A stretch of 64,000 nucleotides of DNA, from positions 2,356,001 to 2,420,000 of the forward strand of contig BQFW01000006.1 of assembly GCA_020891255.1 (NCBI GenBank), written 5' to 3'. The position numbers and the translations under genes were made by a program. Below, piece after piece: positions 1-11,581 of this stretch. Source of the stretch: Entomortierella parvispora E1425. Lineage: Eukaryota > Fungi > Mortierellomycota. The notes beneath the pieces were generated by a model. That model was not told where the DNA came from. It saw nothing but the letters and a program-made list of their open reading frames with translations, and searched no databases. Numbering within the stretch: the first letter of the stretch is position 1; the number at the start of each line of letters is the position of its first letter.

Positions 1-894
1 CCAACCCTTCGTCAAAATCTCTGAATAAAAACAATCTGAATCCCCCTATGGCCTATGTTTACAGTATTGCCTTTGTCAATGGCAAGAACTCTAGAAGCAC
101 GCGATGGCTCTGCCTCTCTGAAAACAAGAATCTACTACTACAACAGCCGAGGGGGAGGCGATGGAGGGGCTAGACACGCGGTCGATGCCTGGATAATGAA
201 GTTGGACAGAGTACGACAGGGTTGCTACAGCTCTTCTCTGCCGCGCCACACACCTGAACCAATTGCTTCTACTCAACAGCTCAAGATCAGCATTCCTAGT
301 CGCGTATTGTATCACCCTTGCGCCTAAAGTCGATACCTTGCTTTTCTATTTCTGTGCAATCGCGATCATGTGGAGTTGAGCAACAAGGAGCAAGCTCTGA
401 CTGTTGAACTGTACAACCACACGCAACGCTTTCGGGTCATTCTTTGTCATCGTGGTTTGTTTATTCTTGTCGCTGATGGAACTCTGTGGAAGAAAAAAAA
501 AGGTGACTCTGCTGAGCAGGGCGAGGTAGGTTTTTTGTTGGTGCGCGCCTCCATGTTTTCACCGCTCCGTGAAGGAGACTGCTTCAGCTGGACCTTGGCT
601 GCTCATGAGAGTCGAACAACAACCAACTTTGTTCTGTGCAACCCAAAGAGGGATTTTTTCTTCTACGAATAGCTGTAGGTTTGAGTTGGTGAGAGCACGA
701 GAGGCTTCTTCGTTGCCACCAAGGCAAAAAAAAAAAAAAAAAAAAAAAAAAGTTCTGATAATCTTGAGGTCTCTGCCACCCGCAGCCCATTGAGTGGCCA
801 TTTCAGGTTTGCTCGTCAACAAGTCGACGATAGGGCGAGCGAAACTATGTCCAGATGGACAGTGGAGTGCCCTGACCTCCGAGTCCGGGAAAGG

Positions 895-901
895 TATAAA
901 A
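895..901 (+). promoter_or_regulatory. TATA box of secreted paralog 1
   Basis: TATAAAA 95 bp upstream of ATG 990; equivalent boxes lie at similar spacing before the other two paralogs. Confidence 0.55.
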
Positions 902-989
902 GAGAGAAAAATCCTCTTCAGTACTAACCTCATCATTCGCAAAACCTTTCCATCTCCTGACACACTCTCTCGCTCTCCAAAAACGAAAC

Positions 990-1358
990 ATGAAGTTCCT
1001 CGCCGCTGCTCTTGCCTTGGTTGCTGCCGCCTCTGCCAGCATTGTCGCTCGTGATCTGCCATTCATCAAGACTCTGGCTGAACCCACCAACTATGTGGAC
1101 TACCAGAAGCCGTACTCAGTCAATGGCTATTCCCGTTGCGAATTTAACAATGGAACCAAGACCAATATCAAAGACTTTCAAAAGATTGCAGGCTCTCGCT
1201 GGGAGTGCACAGTGGGACCTAGTCCCCGCTACAACTTCTGCACGGTCAAGTCCAATGTTCATGACTTGACCACTGTCGAGTTTGTCAAGGTCACGGCCGC
1301 TTTGTGCACAAAGTACAATGGTTTCTTGATGATTGATCAAGGTCCTTCCACCGCTTAG
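990..1358 (+). CDS. small secreted 4-Cys protein, paralog 1 (unknown family)
   Basis: Intronless 122 aa ORF, signal peptide MKFLAAALALVAAASA, 4 Cys conserved with two adjacent paralogs. Confidence 0.9.
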   Translation: MKFLAAALALVAAASASIVARDLPFIKTLAEPTNYVDYQKPYSVNGYSRCEFNNGTKTNIKDFQKIAGSRWECTVGPSPRYNFCTVKSNVHDLTTVEFVKVTAALCTKYNGFLMIDQGPSTA

Positions 1359-2008
1359 AATTTACCGAGTCTCGACTCTCTTGGACTCTTGATTCCAATT
1401 GAAGAGGATTAAAGTCAAAGTGAAATAAACTACCCGTCAGTATTGCCAAGAGTAAATCACTCTTTTCATTCTACAATTGTACCTTTTTTTGAGAGAGAGA
1501 GAGAGAGTGAGAGAGAAAGGAAAGGGAACATCCAACATGTACCTACCCGTGGCCGTGGGTATTGTAGGGTATGGATCTTCCCGATGGTGTGTGAATCTCT
1601 AATCATATCATCCCGTCGTTAAATAAACGTGCACCTGTCCCATCGCGATGGAGCTCTCAAAAGCGAGAATAGAGCGCATCGCGTAAAGGGCTGTGGTATC
1701 ACAAAGAAGGATCGCAAAACAAAAGTGTCTTTGCAGCGGTTTCGGCCCATGTCGGCCACTGTTTTGAACAAAAAAAAAGGGGGCAAACTGTCCTGCTGCC
1801 GGAAGAGGAAGTTTTTGCTCATGTTCAAACTATCTGTGGGCCAACGAGGACTCCTCTTGGTTGACTCGAGTTCGAGAGCAATTGAGGTTGTTTGTCCTTT
1901 TGCCACCACAACAAAAGCCCAGGCTCTGAACGTCCAGTCCCTGGACAGCAGTCGAAACCGTAAGTGGGTATCAAAGAGCAGTTTTTTTGTTCCCTGGATT
2001 ATTGATTG

Positions 2009-2015
2009 TATAAAA
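2009..2015 (+). promoter_or_regulatory. TATA box of secreted paralog 2
   Basis: TATAAAA 104 bp upstream of ATG 2113. Confidence 0.55.
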
Positions 2016-2112
2016 GACTCCCTCTCCGGCCCATTCTCCTCCATCACAAACTCTCTTATTCCCTCTCCTTCTCTCTCACACACTTCACTCTTCCCAGAAA
2101 CAAAAAAGAACA

Positions 2113-2484
2113 ATGAAGTTCCTCGCCGTCACTCTCGCCTTGGTCGCTGCCGCCTCTGCCGACATTGTCACCCGTGATCTGCCTTTCCTCAAGACCCTGG
2201 CTTCCGCCAAGAACTACGTGGACTACCAAAAACCATATGTCTACAATGGCTATTCCCGCTGCGAGTTCACGAACAGCACCAGGACCAATATCAAGGACTT
2301 TCAAAAGATTGCAGGCTCCCGCTGGGCCTGCACAGTGGGACCTAGTCCCCGCAACAACTTTTGCACGGTCAAGCCTCAAATTCGCGACCTGACCAGTGTT
2401 GAGTTTGTCAGAGTCACTGCAGCTTTGTGCGCCAAGCACAACGGCTTCTTGATGATTGACCAGGGCCCAGACGATAGCAACTAA
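2113..2484 (+). CDS. small secreted 4-Cys protein, paralog 2
   Basis: 123 aa, signal peptide, highly similar to 990..1358 (e.g. NYVDYQKPY, IKDFQKIAGSRW). Confidence 0.9.
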   Translation: MKFLAVTLALVAAASADIVTRDLPFLKTLASAKNYVDYQKPYVYNGYSRCEFTNSTRTNIKDFQKIAGSRWACTVGPSPRNNFCTVKPQIRDLTSVEFVRVTAALCAKHNGFLMIDQGPDDSN

Positions 2485-2884
2485 GCTGGACAAAGTGTCG
2501 CGACTCTGACCATCAGCTTGCAGCTGAAGATAAAGAAATAAAACATCCTCTCAATGAGAGGCTCCTATGATCTTTTCCAGCTCACTCGTCCTCTTAACCA
2601 GCATGGAAACACACGTCTGGAATAGTTTACCAAAGAGGCACAGAGAAGAGAAGACAAGACTACTCGTGAGAGTGGCAACAGAACATCAGCCGTGCAATCA
2701 GTGCAGTCCTGGCTTTCTGACCTCCTAATCAACCCTCGGATTCCAAGATTTGGGAACTACTTTAAAAGCACGATCTTCCAGTCCATGGTAAAAATCGACG
2801 GTCAAGCGAAGTCGACGCCTGTCTGGGATGCAATTGCCCAGTCCGGACATGCAGAGACACCCCTGGGGTTGTCGTCTTTGGAGA

Positions 2885-2891
2885 TATAAAG
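2885..2891 (+). promoter_or_regulatory. TATA box of secreted paralog 3
   Basis: TATAAAG 94 bp upstream of ATG 2979. Confidence 0.5.
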
Positions 2892-2978
2892 GGTACTCAA
2901 ATACCAACTCTCTACCCAGCAACACTTTAATACACTCACTCCTCTCCAACTCTACACCATACAGCGACCGAAATAACC

Positions 2979-3380
2979 ATGAAGTTCCTCGTCGTCGCCC
3001 TCACCCTGGTCGCCCTCACCTCTGCTGAAATTGTCACCCGCAGTTTGCCCTTCCTGAAAACGTTGGCCAAGCCTTCCAACTATGTGTATGTCAAGAACCC
3101 GTACATCTATCATGGAGTCTCTCGCTGTGAGTTCACGAACGAGACTGCGCCTGACATCAGTGCGTTTCGGGTGCTGGCCGGCTCTCGCTGGGAATGCCTT
3201 TCTTTCTCAAGCTCACGTTACAACAATTGCACAGTCAGGCCTGAAGTCCGCGACCTGACCAGCGGGGAGTTTGTCAGGGTCACGGCGGTTTTGTGTACCC
3301 AGTACAATGGCTTTCTCATGATTGAGCAAAGTCCCTACACCGTCAAGGACGGACTGAGACTCGACTCTTTCAACCATTGA
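2979..3380 (+). CDS. small secreted 4-Cys protein, paralog 3 (most diverged)
   Basis: 133 aa, signal peptide, same SRCEF / AGSRWEC / CTV / LC..YNGFLMI motifs. Confidence 0.9.
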   Translation: MKFLVVALTLVALTSAEIVTRSLPFLKTLAKPSNYVYVKNPYIYHGVSRCEFTNETAPDISAFRVLAGSRWECLSFSSSRYNNCTVRPEVRDLTSGEFVRVTAVLCTQYNGFLMIEQSPYTVKDGLRLDSFNH

Positions 3381-3903
3381 GTCTCGTTCCCTTGCGGGAA
3401 AGGAAAGAAAATAGACAGAAGTGCATACCTTCCTCAAGAACTGACCATGTCTCTCTGTCTGTCTCTATTCCTTCTCCTCTTCTCGTTCTTTTTTCTCTCT
3501 TGCTCTCTCTCTTTCTCTCTCTCTTTCGATTGACCTGCATGCACAGAATAAGCACAGCTCTTTGCTCTCCCCTGAAATCCAAAATAAGCAACGGCATCCA
3601 GCGCCATCATAAAGAACATCCACCCCGTAAAAAAAAAAAAAAAGGCAAAGGGCAGGTGCACACACGCGCGCTGCCCCAAGCACCAATGGTCTCAAATTGG
3701 CTCCTGGGTCTCTGGTGGGGATCCCATCGTGGTCTGACCTTGTCCTTCGATTGTTCTCGCCACTTTCGTTCTCTTGCTCTTCTCTTCTCCCTATCAATGT
3801 ACTTTCTATAACCCCATTCACCACTTGACTCGTCTCCCTGTCTACACCCACCGAACACGATCATTAATACCATTAGTGCACAACTATTGTCCCTCTTTCT
3901 CCC

Positions 3904-5568
3904 ATGAAGGAAAACAAAGCCAGTATCACCATAGAGGCCAGCCCACAGATTGTGTGGCAGGTCTTGACGGACCTCAACAGCTATCCCGAATGGAATCCTC
4001 TGTTCGTTCAGGCTACAGGCACCATCGCCGGTAACGATCATACGAACTCGCCTGTCCTTTCGACCTCATTCTTTTCCTGCCGCTGTCTTCTAATCCCCTC
4101 GGTTCGACTCTACTTTTAGTTGGAGAATCACTGCAAGTCAAGATGAGACTTCCTCTTCGGATCTTTTGCGGGGCACCTCTCAGTAAGTCGTATTGGCGGC
4201 AGTAGCAAGTACCTCTATTGATCTCCATGGACTAAACCGTTGTGCCACCAAAAAAACAAAAAAACAAAATAGCCTACAACTGGTCTCCAAGGATTATCAA
4301 GGTTGAACCCAACTCCTGTCTGGAGTGGTTCGCACCAGCAGGACTCAAGGGTTTTATTGATGTAAGTTAAGCGCAAGGCTGAGAGTTCCCCCTTTTTCCC
4401 GCTTTTTATTGTCCCTCTTCTCTCTCCCTCTCTGCTTCTATGTCTGCCCTCAGACCCTTGGGCGAGAGAATGACAGACATTAGAGTGGGCCCACCCTCTC
4501 CTTAAAAGTCCAAGACAGTTGTGGGCGTCCACCGTCGATGAACCTCCCTGAATTTTCGTTTTAACCCCTCTCCCTCTCTTTTTCCCTGTTCTCTCTTTCC
4601 CCCACTCTTTGGACACCTACCGTATCATTGACATCGTCGTTTGCTCTACACAATCACAGGGAACCCACTACTTTCAACTCACCAGCAGTCATAATGGCAC
4701 CATGACCGAGTTTACTCAAGGAGAGAGATATGTCGGCTGGGGCACAGGAATGTACGCGTGCCTTGGAACAATGGAAGATGCTCGTCGAGGCTTTATTGCC
4801 ATGAACACGGCCCTCCAGATCGAATCTGTACGACGCAAACATCTCTCTGAAAACTCGACCGAAAATCAGGAGAACAATGGGAGCTCTCGCCCAGAAGAGG
4901 AGGTGGAACAATTAGACATCAGTGATTCTGCTGCTGTGGCGGCCGTGCATCCACAATTGACCGTCGTGACGGCTACGACTAAGGGGCTCGTTACGTCCTC
5001 TAACGCTACAGCGTCCATGACGGAGGACGAGGTGGTTGTGATCACGGAGAAGGAGGCCGCAGCGACCAGCATGGCAGATGGAGCGAACCCGATCTTACTG
5101 CAGGATGCAGTGCCCACACCACTCCAGGAGGACAAGGACAAGGAGATCGCCTCTCAACAGATGGATCAGCCATCTGCTCCATCAGCCGTTGCAATTGCCT
5201 CTACCGCTACCGAAAAGACAGTCGAGAAGCGTACAAGCATCATTGGCGCCATGTCTTCGATGTTCAGCTCTGCAAAGACCAACCCGCCAGGAGGCGTTCG
5301 TCCCTCCCTCTCGAAAGAAAATCTGGTCTTGAAGCCTATCACCGCGGAAACAGATATCAAGGAAGAGGCTGTTTCGCCCGAAAGGACAGTGGTTGAGGAG
5401 GAAGAGGACTACGATGAAGAGGATGATGACCTAGAGCAAGAAGAAGATCCTGAAGCTGCAGCGAGGGAACTCGAGGCAAAGTTGGAACGTGAAAAGAAAA
5501 ACTCGGAGCGGATCGAGCTTGATCTCGGTACCGTGGGCGAGCTGAGTCTTGGCGACTTCGGATTCTGA
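3904..5568 (+). CDS. SRPBCC (START-like, polyketide cyclase-type) domain protein with long acidic tail; 4 exons
   Basis: Exons 3904-4030, 4120-4182, 4273-4361, 4660-5568 splice in frame via GT-AG. Motifs ITIEASPQIVWQVLTDLNSYPEWNP and GTHYF..FTQGERYVG..RRGFIAMNTAL are typical of SRPBCC. Confidence 0.8.
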
Positions 5569-5805
5569 AGCAAGCAAAAAAGGCTCCCTACCTAGAGCAG
5601 AACAGAACTTCCTTGCATGCCGCATTGCGTTGCAATATCATAACAATAATCACAATTGGCACCCTTGGATTTGACGATTACTGGATATTTTTTATTCGTT
5701 GTCAGGGGGGTGGTGGTAGTGGTGGGTGGTGGTTGGTCAATCGAACAAATGTCTTTCGCCATCTCCTTCAAACTTTTGCTCCCGGGCCGTGATTTAATAC
5801 CATAT

Positions 5806-7502
5806 CTAATTGTAAATCTCCTCGGCAGAGCGTCTTGCAATACGTTGAACGCGCTTCTTATATGCGGCATAGTTTTCACGCCACTCTTTCTATAGGTGGA
5901 TAAAGTTGCCAGAAGGAGACATGGTGAGTACCTTGCCACAGTGCATCATACAAATCCAAGATGACCACAGGAGATACTTACTGCGGCTTCGATATTCGCC
6001 GGACTCTCATCGTTAGGGCTCGACAACATCGAGATGACACTGACCAAGATGGTCTCAACAGTGTGCACAGGGGACCAGCGCTCACTGGCCTGCTCGTATC
6101 CGTACTTGTCCTCACCTGGTGGGTGCTACATTCAAAGAACAATTGAAAACAATGTCAGCATCGCAGATTTTTGGAATGTCGCCATGTCTGCTGTGATCAA
6201 AAGACTGCTATCGACCATAGATATCTTACAAGAATCGAGATGCAGACCTCGCCGTTGGGGTACACTAAACAGTAGCCATGAAAGAAGATTGAGTCCCCGT
6301 TCATCATTGGACTATTTATCTTCATACGGACATTGACATCGACTTGACTTACCATTGGGATGGAAGATATCGGTGGTGAACTTAAGCTTTGGGGGCATCA
6401 AGGGGTAGTCCTGAGGAAAGTTCATGATGGCTCTGAAGAAACCACCCTCGCTAGTTGTCAGAAAGATAGAGCCAAGGAATGTCACGGTTAGAGAGGAAAA
6501 TCTTGAAACTTGGGCCCACCTGTCCCAGAATAGCGTGCACATCCAGGAGTCAGGGGATCGGGAAAAAGGAGGGCTGGATGACAGGGCAGAGCCCAGTGCT
6601 TCGACCTGCCAGACTGACTCTCTTCCGTGCCTTGTCCTTTAAAGACACTGTGGTGCCCGGCAATGTCGATGCTTCCAATGTTCTGTTCCCCGGCACGTTT
6701 GCCCCCTCCCGACAGTCCAGTGCGAGACGAAAGTGGCGTGTGTAGAATCGGCGCACACACACATGCACGCACAGGCGACTCTTTGTCCAACACCGAATAG
6801 CCGTGTCCCGTGTCCTGTCCAGGTGTTTTTTCAGATAGCCGCAATGAGGCAGCCATAGGCACACAAAATGTCAAAGCCTTACTAGAGGGTATCTTGGGGT
6901 CCCATGATCATGATCTCCCACTATGTGGTGCAAGAACAATCAGTCAGTATAGGGAATATGAAAAACAGCATCATGACAAGGAGAAGAGAACTCCAGGGCA
7001 GCCATACCTCGAAAATGTTGTTATCATCGACAAGACCTGCTGAGAAGCCCTCGACAGGATGCTTGGTCAACTCTATTATTCAAAGGAAAGGAGAAAAAGA
7101 AAAGAAGGTTAGTCACCAAGGGTACCAAGCAGCCAACCAACCACACACCTTCGGACTGTGCGCATGGATCGCCTCCTTCTTTTTTTGACTCATTTCGTTC
7201 GTTCGGCCTGGTTCCATGGGGATCCATGTCCACGAAGCGCAGCAACGAAGTATGAGTTCACAACGACATGAAGGACGACCCCTCATCCCCGAATGAAGTG
7301 AACTGAAGGGACCATGGACAGGAACCAATGCAATGAGGCGTAGGGGGAGACGCGTATGATATGAGCCACAGGGAGCCAGACAGGCAGAGCAGCAGGGACA
7401 GGCCACAAGCACGACGGACAATGGCAGACATGACAAAGAAACAGACAAGAGATGGTTACCTTTGAGCTGGCGCTGGAGAAGAAGGGTAGACTGATCGGCC
7501 AT
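5806..7502 (-). CDS. UBE2G1: ubiquitin-conjugating enzyme E2 G1/Ubc7-type; 7 exons
   Basis: Spliced product [114 protein letters not shown], with catalytic Cys and E2G insertion. Confidence 0.93.
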
Positions 7503-7566
7503 GTGAGCAAAGCTTTGTTAGCAAAAGGAAAGGAAGGACAGGTAGGGGATACGCAAATGAAACGCA

Positions 7567-7614
7567 GGATGGATGGATGGATGGATGGATGGATGGATGG
7601 ATGGATGGATGGAT
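7567..7614. repeat. (GGAT)12 microsatellite
   Basis: Perfect tetranucleotide tandem repeat. Confidence 0.95.
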
Positions 7615-7683
7615 GAACGATGGCAAAAAGGATTCGTGGGTTGAAAGTGTGTGTGTGAGTCTGTGTGTGTATGTCTCTCTCTC

Positions 7684-7684
<1 letters not shown>

Positions 7685-7728
<44 letters not shown>
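7685..7728. repeat. (TG)22 microsatellite
   Basis: Perfect dinucleotide tandem repeat. Confidence 0.95.
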
Positions 7729-7729
<1 letters not shown>

Positions 7730-7770
7730 AGCAGGAAGGAGAGGAGAGAAAAAAATTGGGTTGGAAATCA

Positions 7771-7792
7771 TCACGTGCCTTCGGGTCACGTG
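7771..7792. promoter_or_regulatory. paired TCACGTG E-box (Cbf1/bHLH-type) motifs upstream of the E2 gene
   Basis: TCACGTG at 7771-7777 and GTCACGTG at 7785-7792; function not demonstrated. Confidence 0.3.
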
Positions 7793-8480
7793 TGTGTCTC
7801 TTGTTCTCTTTGCTCTTTCTCGTTTTAACCAGGGCATCCTGGGCATCCTGCAGGTGCATGTCCTTTGTTCATCACTTGTCTGGCTGGAGCAGCTGGATAT
7901 CGGAGAAGAGAAAGTAGAGCCACCATCGTCCAAAGGTATGACAGTGCGACTTGAGGAAAGGTAGGCAACACCAGGTATCATGGCAATGACTTCGATTGAT
8001 GAGAATGACTGAAGAAAGAGCAGCAGACCCACTCTGCTGTTCTTGGTTCATACATCTGCCGTCCAATGGTCGTTGCTGCGCTCTAGGTGAAGGGAATGGA
8101 CCTCTAGTCGACCGACAGACTGACGGTCTGATGGTCTGATGGTCCAGATAGGATGATGAGAAACAAGAGAGCTCAAGGTTCGCTAGCGTCGTGGTCGTGA
8201 CACGAAACAAAAAAAACAACGCGCCTTGTCGTTCGTGTTCTCGCGCGCCATTCTGACTTTCTTGATTCCAACAAGCGCGTTTCTCTCCGCGCCGGTGCAG
8301 TGCATGCTGACTCTCTATCGGTCCTTCTCGGCCATTACTATTCTATTCTATTCCACATCACATACATACCTCAAACTGCCCGTTGCCGTTGCAGTTGGAT
8401 AATTCATAAAAAGAAGTCGTCCCAACGTTTTGTTTTCTGACCATCTCAATCCCACGCCCACACTCAAACGATCAAACAGG

Positions 8481-9191
8481 ATGAAGCTAACCCACTCCTC
8501 TGCCCTGATCCTCGCTGTCGCTGTCGCGCAGAGCCTGGCGGTGACACCCATCCCAGTGGCTGGATGTACTAAGCAAGTGGTCGTCGATCGTAAGTTTATC
8601 CCTTCTCTTCAGCCTCTCAGCTGATGTCTTCATTCTTGAAGATCCATCATTCACATTACACCATTTTTTTTTATGATTTGCTTCATAGCCAAATATGACA
8701 GCTGCAACGAGTTCGCGAGCGACTACAACTTGACCTTTGCCGACTTGCTCAAGATGAACGAAAAGCTCAGAAAGGACTGCATGAACCTGGACACGGGCGA
8801 GAAGATGTGTGTCTCCATCAATCCGGGTGGCGTGAACCCCCCTCTTAAGAAAGAGAAAACCGCCAAAGATACCAAAGATGCAAAGGAAAAGACAACAAAA
8901 GATGCCTCTGCTGCTGCACCCGCAAAACTGAAGGCTTCAGACTCTAAAACGATCCCTGTAAAGAAAGCACCCGTGGTCGCTGTGGCGGCCCCCGTACCCG
9001 CGCCCGCGGCTCCTGCTCACGCTCCTATTCCTGCAGCCGTGGTTGTACCTGTGCCAGCGAATACAGGAAAGTTGGATGAGAAGAAGGATGTAGCCAAGGA
9101 CGTGCACAGCTCTTTGGCTGCTGCCGGAGCCAGGGCGTCGTTTGCTGTGGCGGCCGCGGGTATTCTGCTGTCGCTTCCATACCTGCTCTAG
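8481..9191 (+). CDS. secreted LysM domain protein with GPI-like C-terminus, paralog A; 2 exons
   Basis: Signal peptide; exons 8481-8589 and 8689-9191; fungal LysM pattern C..VVV..YDSCNEFASDYNLTFADLLKMNEKLRKDCMNLDTGEKMCV; K/A/P-rich stalk; hydrophobic tail. Confidence 0.88.
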
Positions 9192-10395
9192 ACAAGCGAT
9201 GGCGCGTTTGCAATGGATGGGCGGGTGGGCTATTGCATTTGGGCTGCAGCCTCATAATACCAGCTGAGAACTCCCTTTGACGACAGAAAAAAAAACCCCC
9301 TCGCTACGCCTCATTGATGTTGTCGCCATAAAGTCAATTACCTCACAAAAAAGGTTTCCCGGTTGCGAAGGGCTTTCTCCGTTGGTATGTAATACTTTGC
9401 GAGGGCTCTAGTAGGATTGTGCCTGCTGTGAAGAGAGACCTGCTGCCGTGAGCAATAGCTTTCAAACAACAGTGATTCGATCTAAACCCATTTTTGATGA
9501 TTTGTTCATTCTCCGGGATCCAGACGCAAAGAAGTCGGCTCCCCTTGTTTTCTTTATGATCATACTGAATGTAATGAGTTTGCTAGTTCCTAAGTTTGAC
9601 TGGGGTTGTTGCTCATGGCGCCATATGATTTCTTTTGGATTTGTCTGGCGTCATCTGTCTCCTTTATCATCTCCTACCGAACATCTCACATACGCCTGCA
9701 GTGTCCTCATTATGTAATGGAACAAGACTGTTCCATGGTATCATGGTATTCAGTAGAACAAACGAGAAAGAAGGAACAGGGAAACAAGTACCAGGTAGAA
9801 CGATACACTCAATCATCCAACCCGAGAAAGAGGATTCCCCTGTCTTGGTCAGGACGACAGGTGAGTGAGTAAAGAGCGGATGAGCAATATTTGAGATGCA
9901 GGTGAGATGAGTGGAACCCGAGAACCTCGAAATAGACAATGTGAGGGTCAACTCAATTCTGTTTGGAGATATGAGCATCTGCTGGACCTCATCTCGTTTC
10001 CAGGCAAGGAAGGCACGCTCTCCCCTGTTTTCCTGGAGAGCACCTCACTGGGGGTGAACAACCCTCGTTATTTCATTCAGGCGGACTCTGAACAGCAGAG
10101 CAAACAAAGTCCAGGTCCAGATCCACCATGGTACGACAGCAGACAGACGGACGGCAGGGCGGACGCCTGGGGAGAGAATATAACTGTAGTCTGCTCAACG
10201 CCTCGCCCTCTCTTCTTTCTTCCTCATTCATCTCCATCCTTCTCTCCATTCCCATCTCTCATCCCCTCGTTCCATTCATTTGGTTCCTCTTCCTGCTTGA
10301 TCACCCAGATCTACTTTACTACCTCACCTCCGCGTCCTTTTTTAACGACCTCTTCACGTCGCAACCCCAAACCAACACCATCAAATAATCTAATA

Positions 10396-11370
10396 ATGAA
10401 GATCACTCTTTCCCTCGCTGTCCTCGCCCTCGCCGCCTCCCAGGCCATGGCTGTCGTGCCCAAGCCAATTGCTGGCTGCACCAAGGAGGTCGTCGTCCTT
10501 CGTAAGAGAAAAAAGACGCCAGTCGTGATTTGTTTTTTTTTCGCGTAATCCCTTTTTCATCATTCTGTGCATGCTGACCCTTGCCTCGCCCTTTTCTTTT
10601 CTCTCTCCTGCATGTTTTCTGCTCTCTTGCTGACAGCCACCGACACTGGATGCGCCGACTTGTAAGGCCAGACCCGACTTGAGCCGCAGGCGCCTTCCCT
10701 GCATACGATACAAATACTGATTCTCTACTTTTTTTTTCCTTCCCAAATGTTCAACAGTGCTGCCAAGAACGGATGCACCTTTGAAGATCTCCTCAAGTAT
10801 GTTGCTCCGACTTTTTTTTAAAAAAAATCAAACAACGGCAATTGCCTCCGTCGTCTTTGAAGCTAACAGGATTTTGGTACCTTTCTCTTGTAGGTGGAAC
10901 TTGAAGTTGAGAACCGACTGCGCTAACCTCGGTAAGAAAGACCTCACCTCCATGGAACCCCGGCAATGCTAAAAAGAAAAAAAGTTTCAATCAAACTCAT
11001 CACCTCTCTTCTCTTTTCCTCTTCATTCAAACAACAATGTAACAATGTAGATGTCGGCGCTCCCCTCTGTGTCTCCGTGACCCCTGGCGCTGGTGGTAAG
11101 CCCACTGAGCCCTCCAGCCCCGTCGTCAACCCTCCCGTCGTCCCCTCCGGCACTGCCCACCCCGTCGTCCCCACTGGCACTGTCCATCCCGTTCCCAAGA
11201 CCTCGGCTACCAAGGCTGGCACGGTCCCAGTCGCGACCACCACCTCCGCCGCCGGAGCCGCGGCCACTCTTCCTCCCACCGCTGCCCGCGTTAATGGCGC
11301 TGCCGCTGATAAGGCTTCGATGGTCCTCTCTGTCGCTGGTGTCTTGATCTCTGCCGCTTACATGCTTTAG
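10396..11370 (+). CDS. secreted LysM domain protein with GPI-like C-terminus, paralog B; 5 exons
   Basis: Exons 10396-10501, 10637-10661, 10758-10796, 10894-10931, 11051-11370 give GCTKEVVVLPTDTGCADFAAKNGCTFEDLLKWNLKLRTDCANLDVGAPLCV; P/T-rich stalk; hydrophobic tail. Confidence 0.88.
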
Positions 11371-11581
11371 AAAAAGAGCTCTTCTGTTCTTTTTTTTGCA
11401 ACATTCAATAACAATACCCTTCATATTCAAACTCATGTTGAGAAAACCTGTATTTGTGTGTGTGTGTGTGTGTAACAAAATACGAGGGACTGAACGGAAC
11501 GGCTCAGAAAGCTACTAATCGGCCATATAAAGAATGTAGATATGAACAAAAAAAAAAGTCCAGAAGTTCTCATCGCTGTCC

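Noticed and set aside
7283-8032. ORFs with HTHT, CVCV and IHPS runs
   Set aside because: Translations of microsatellites in promoter DNA
9717-9860. Exon-like ORF ending at a GTGAGT donor between the LysM genes
   Set aside because: No in-frame continuation or recognisable motif
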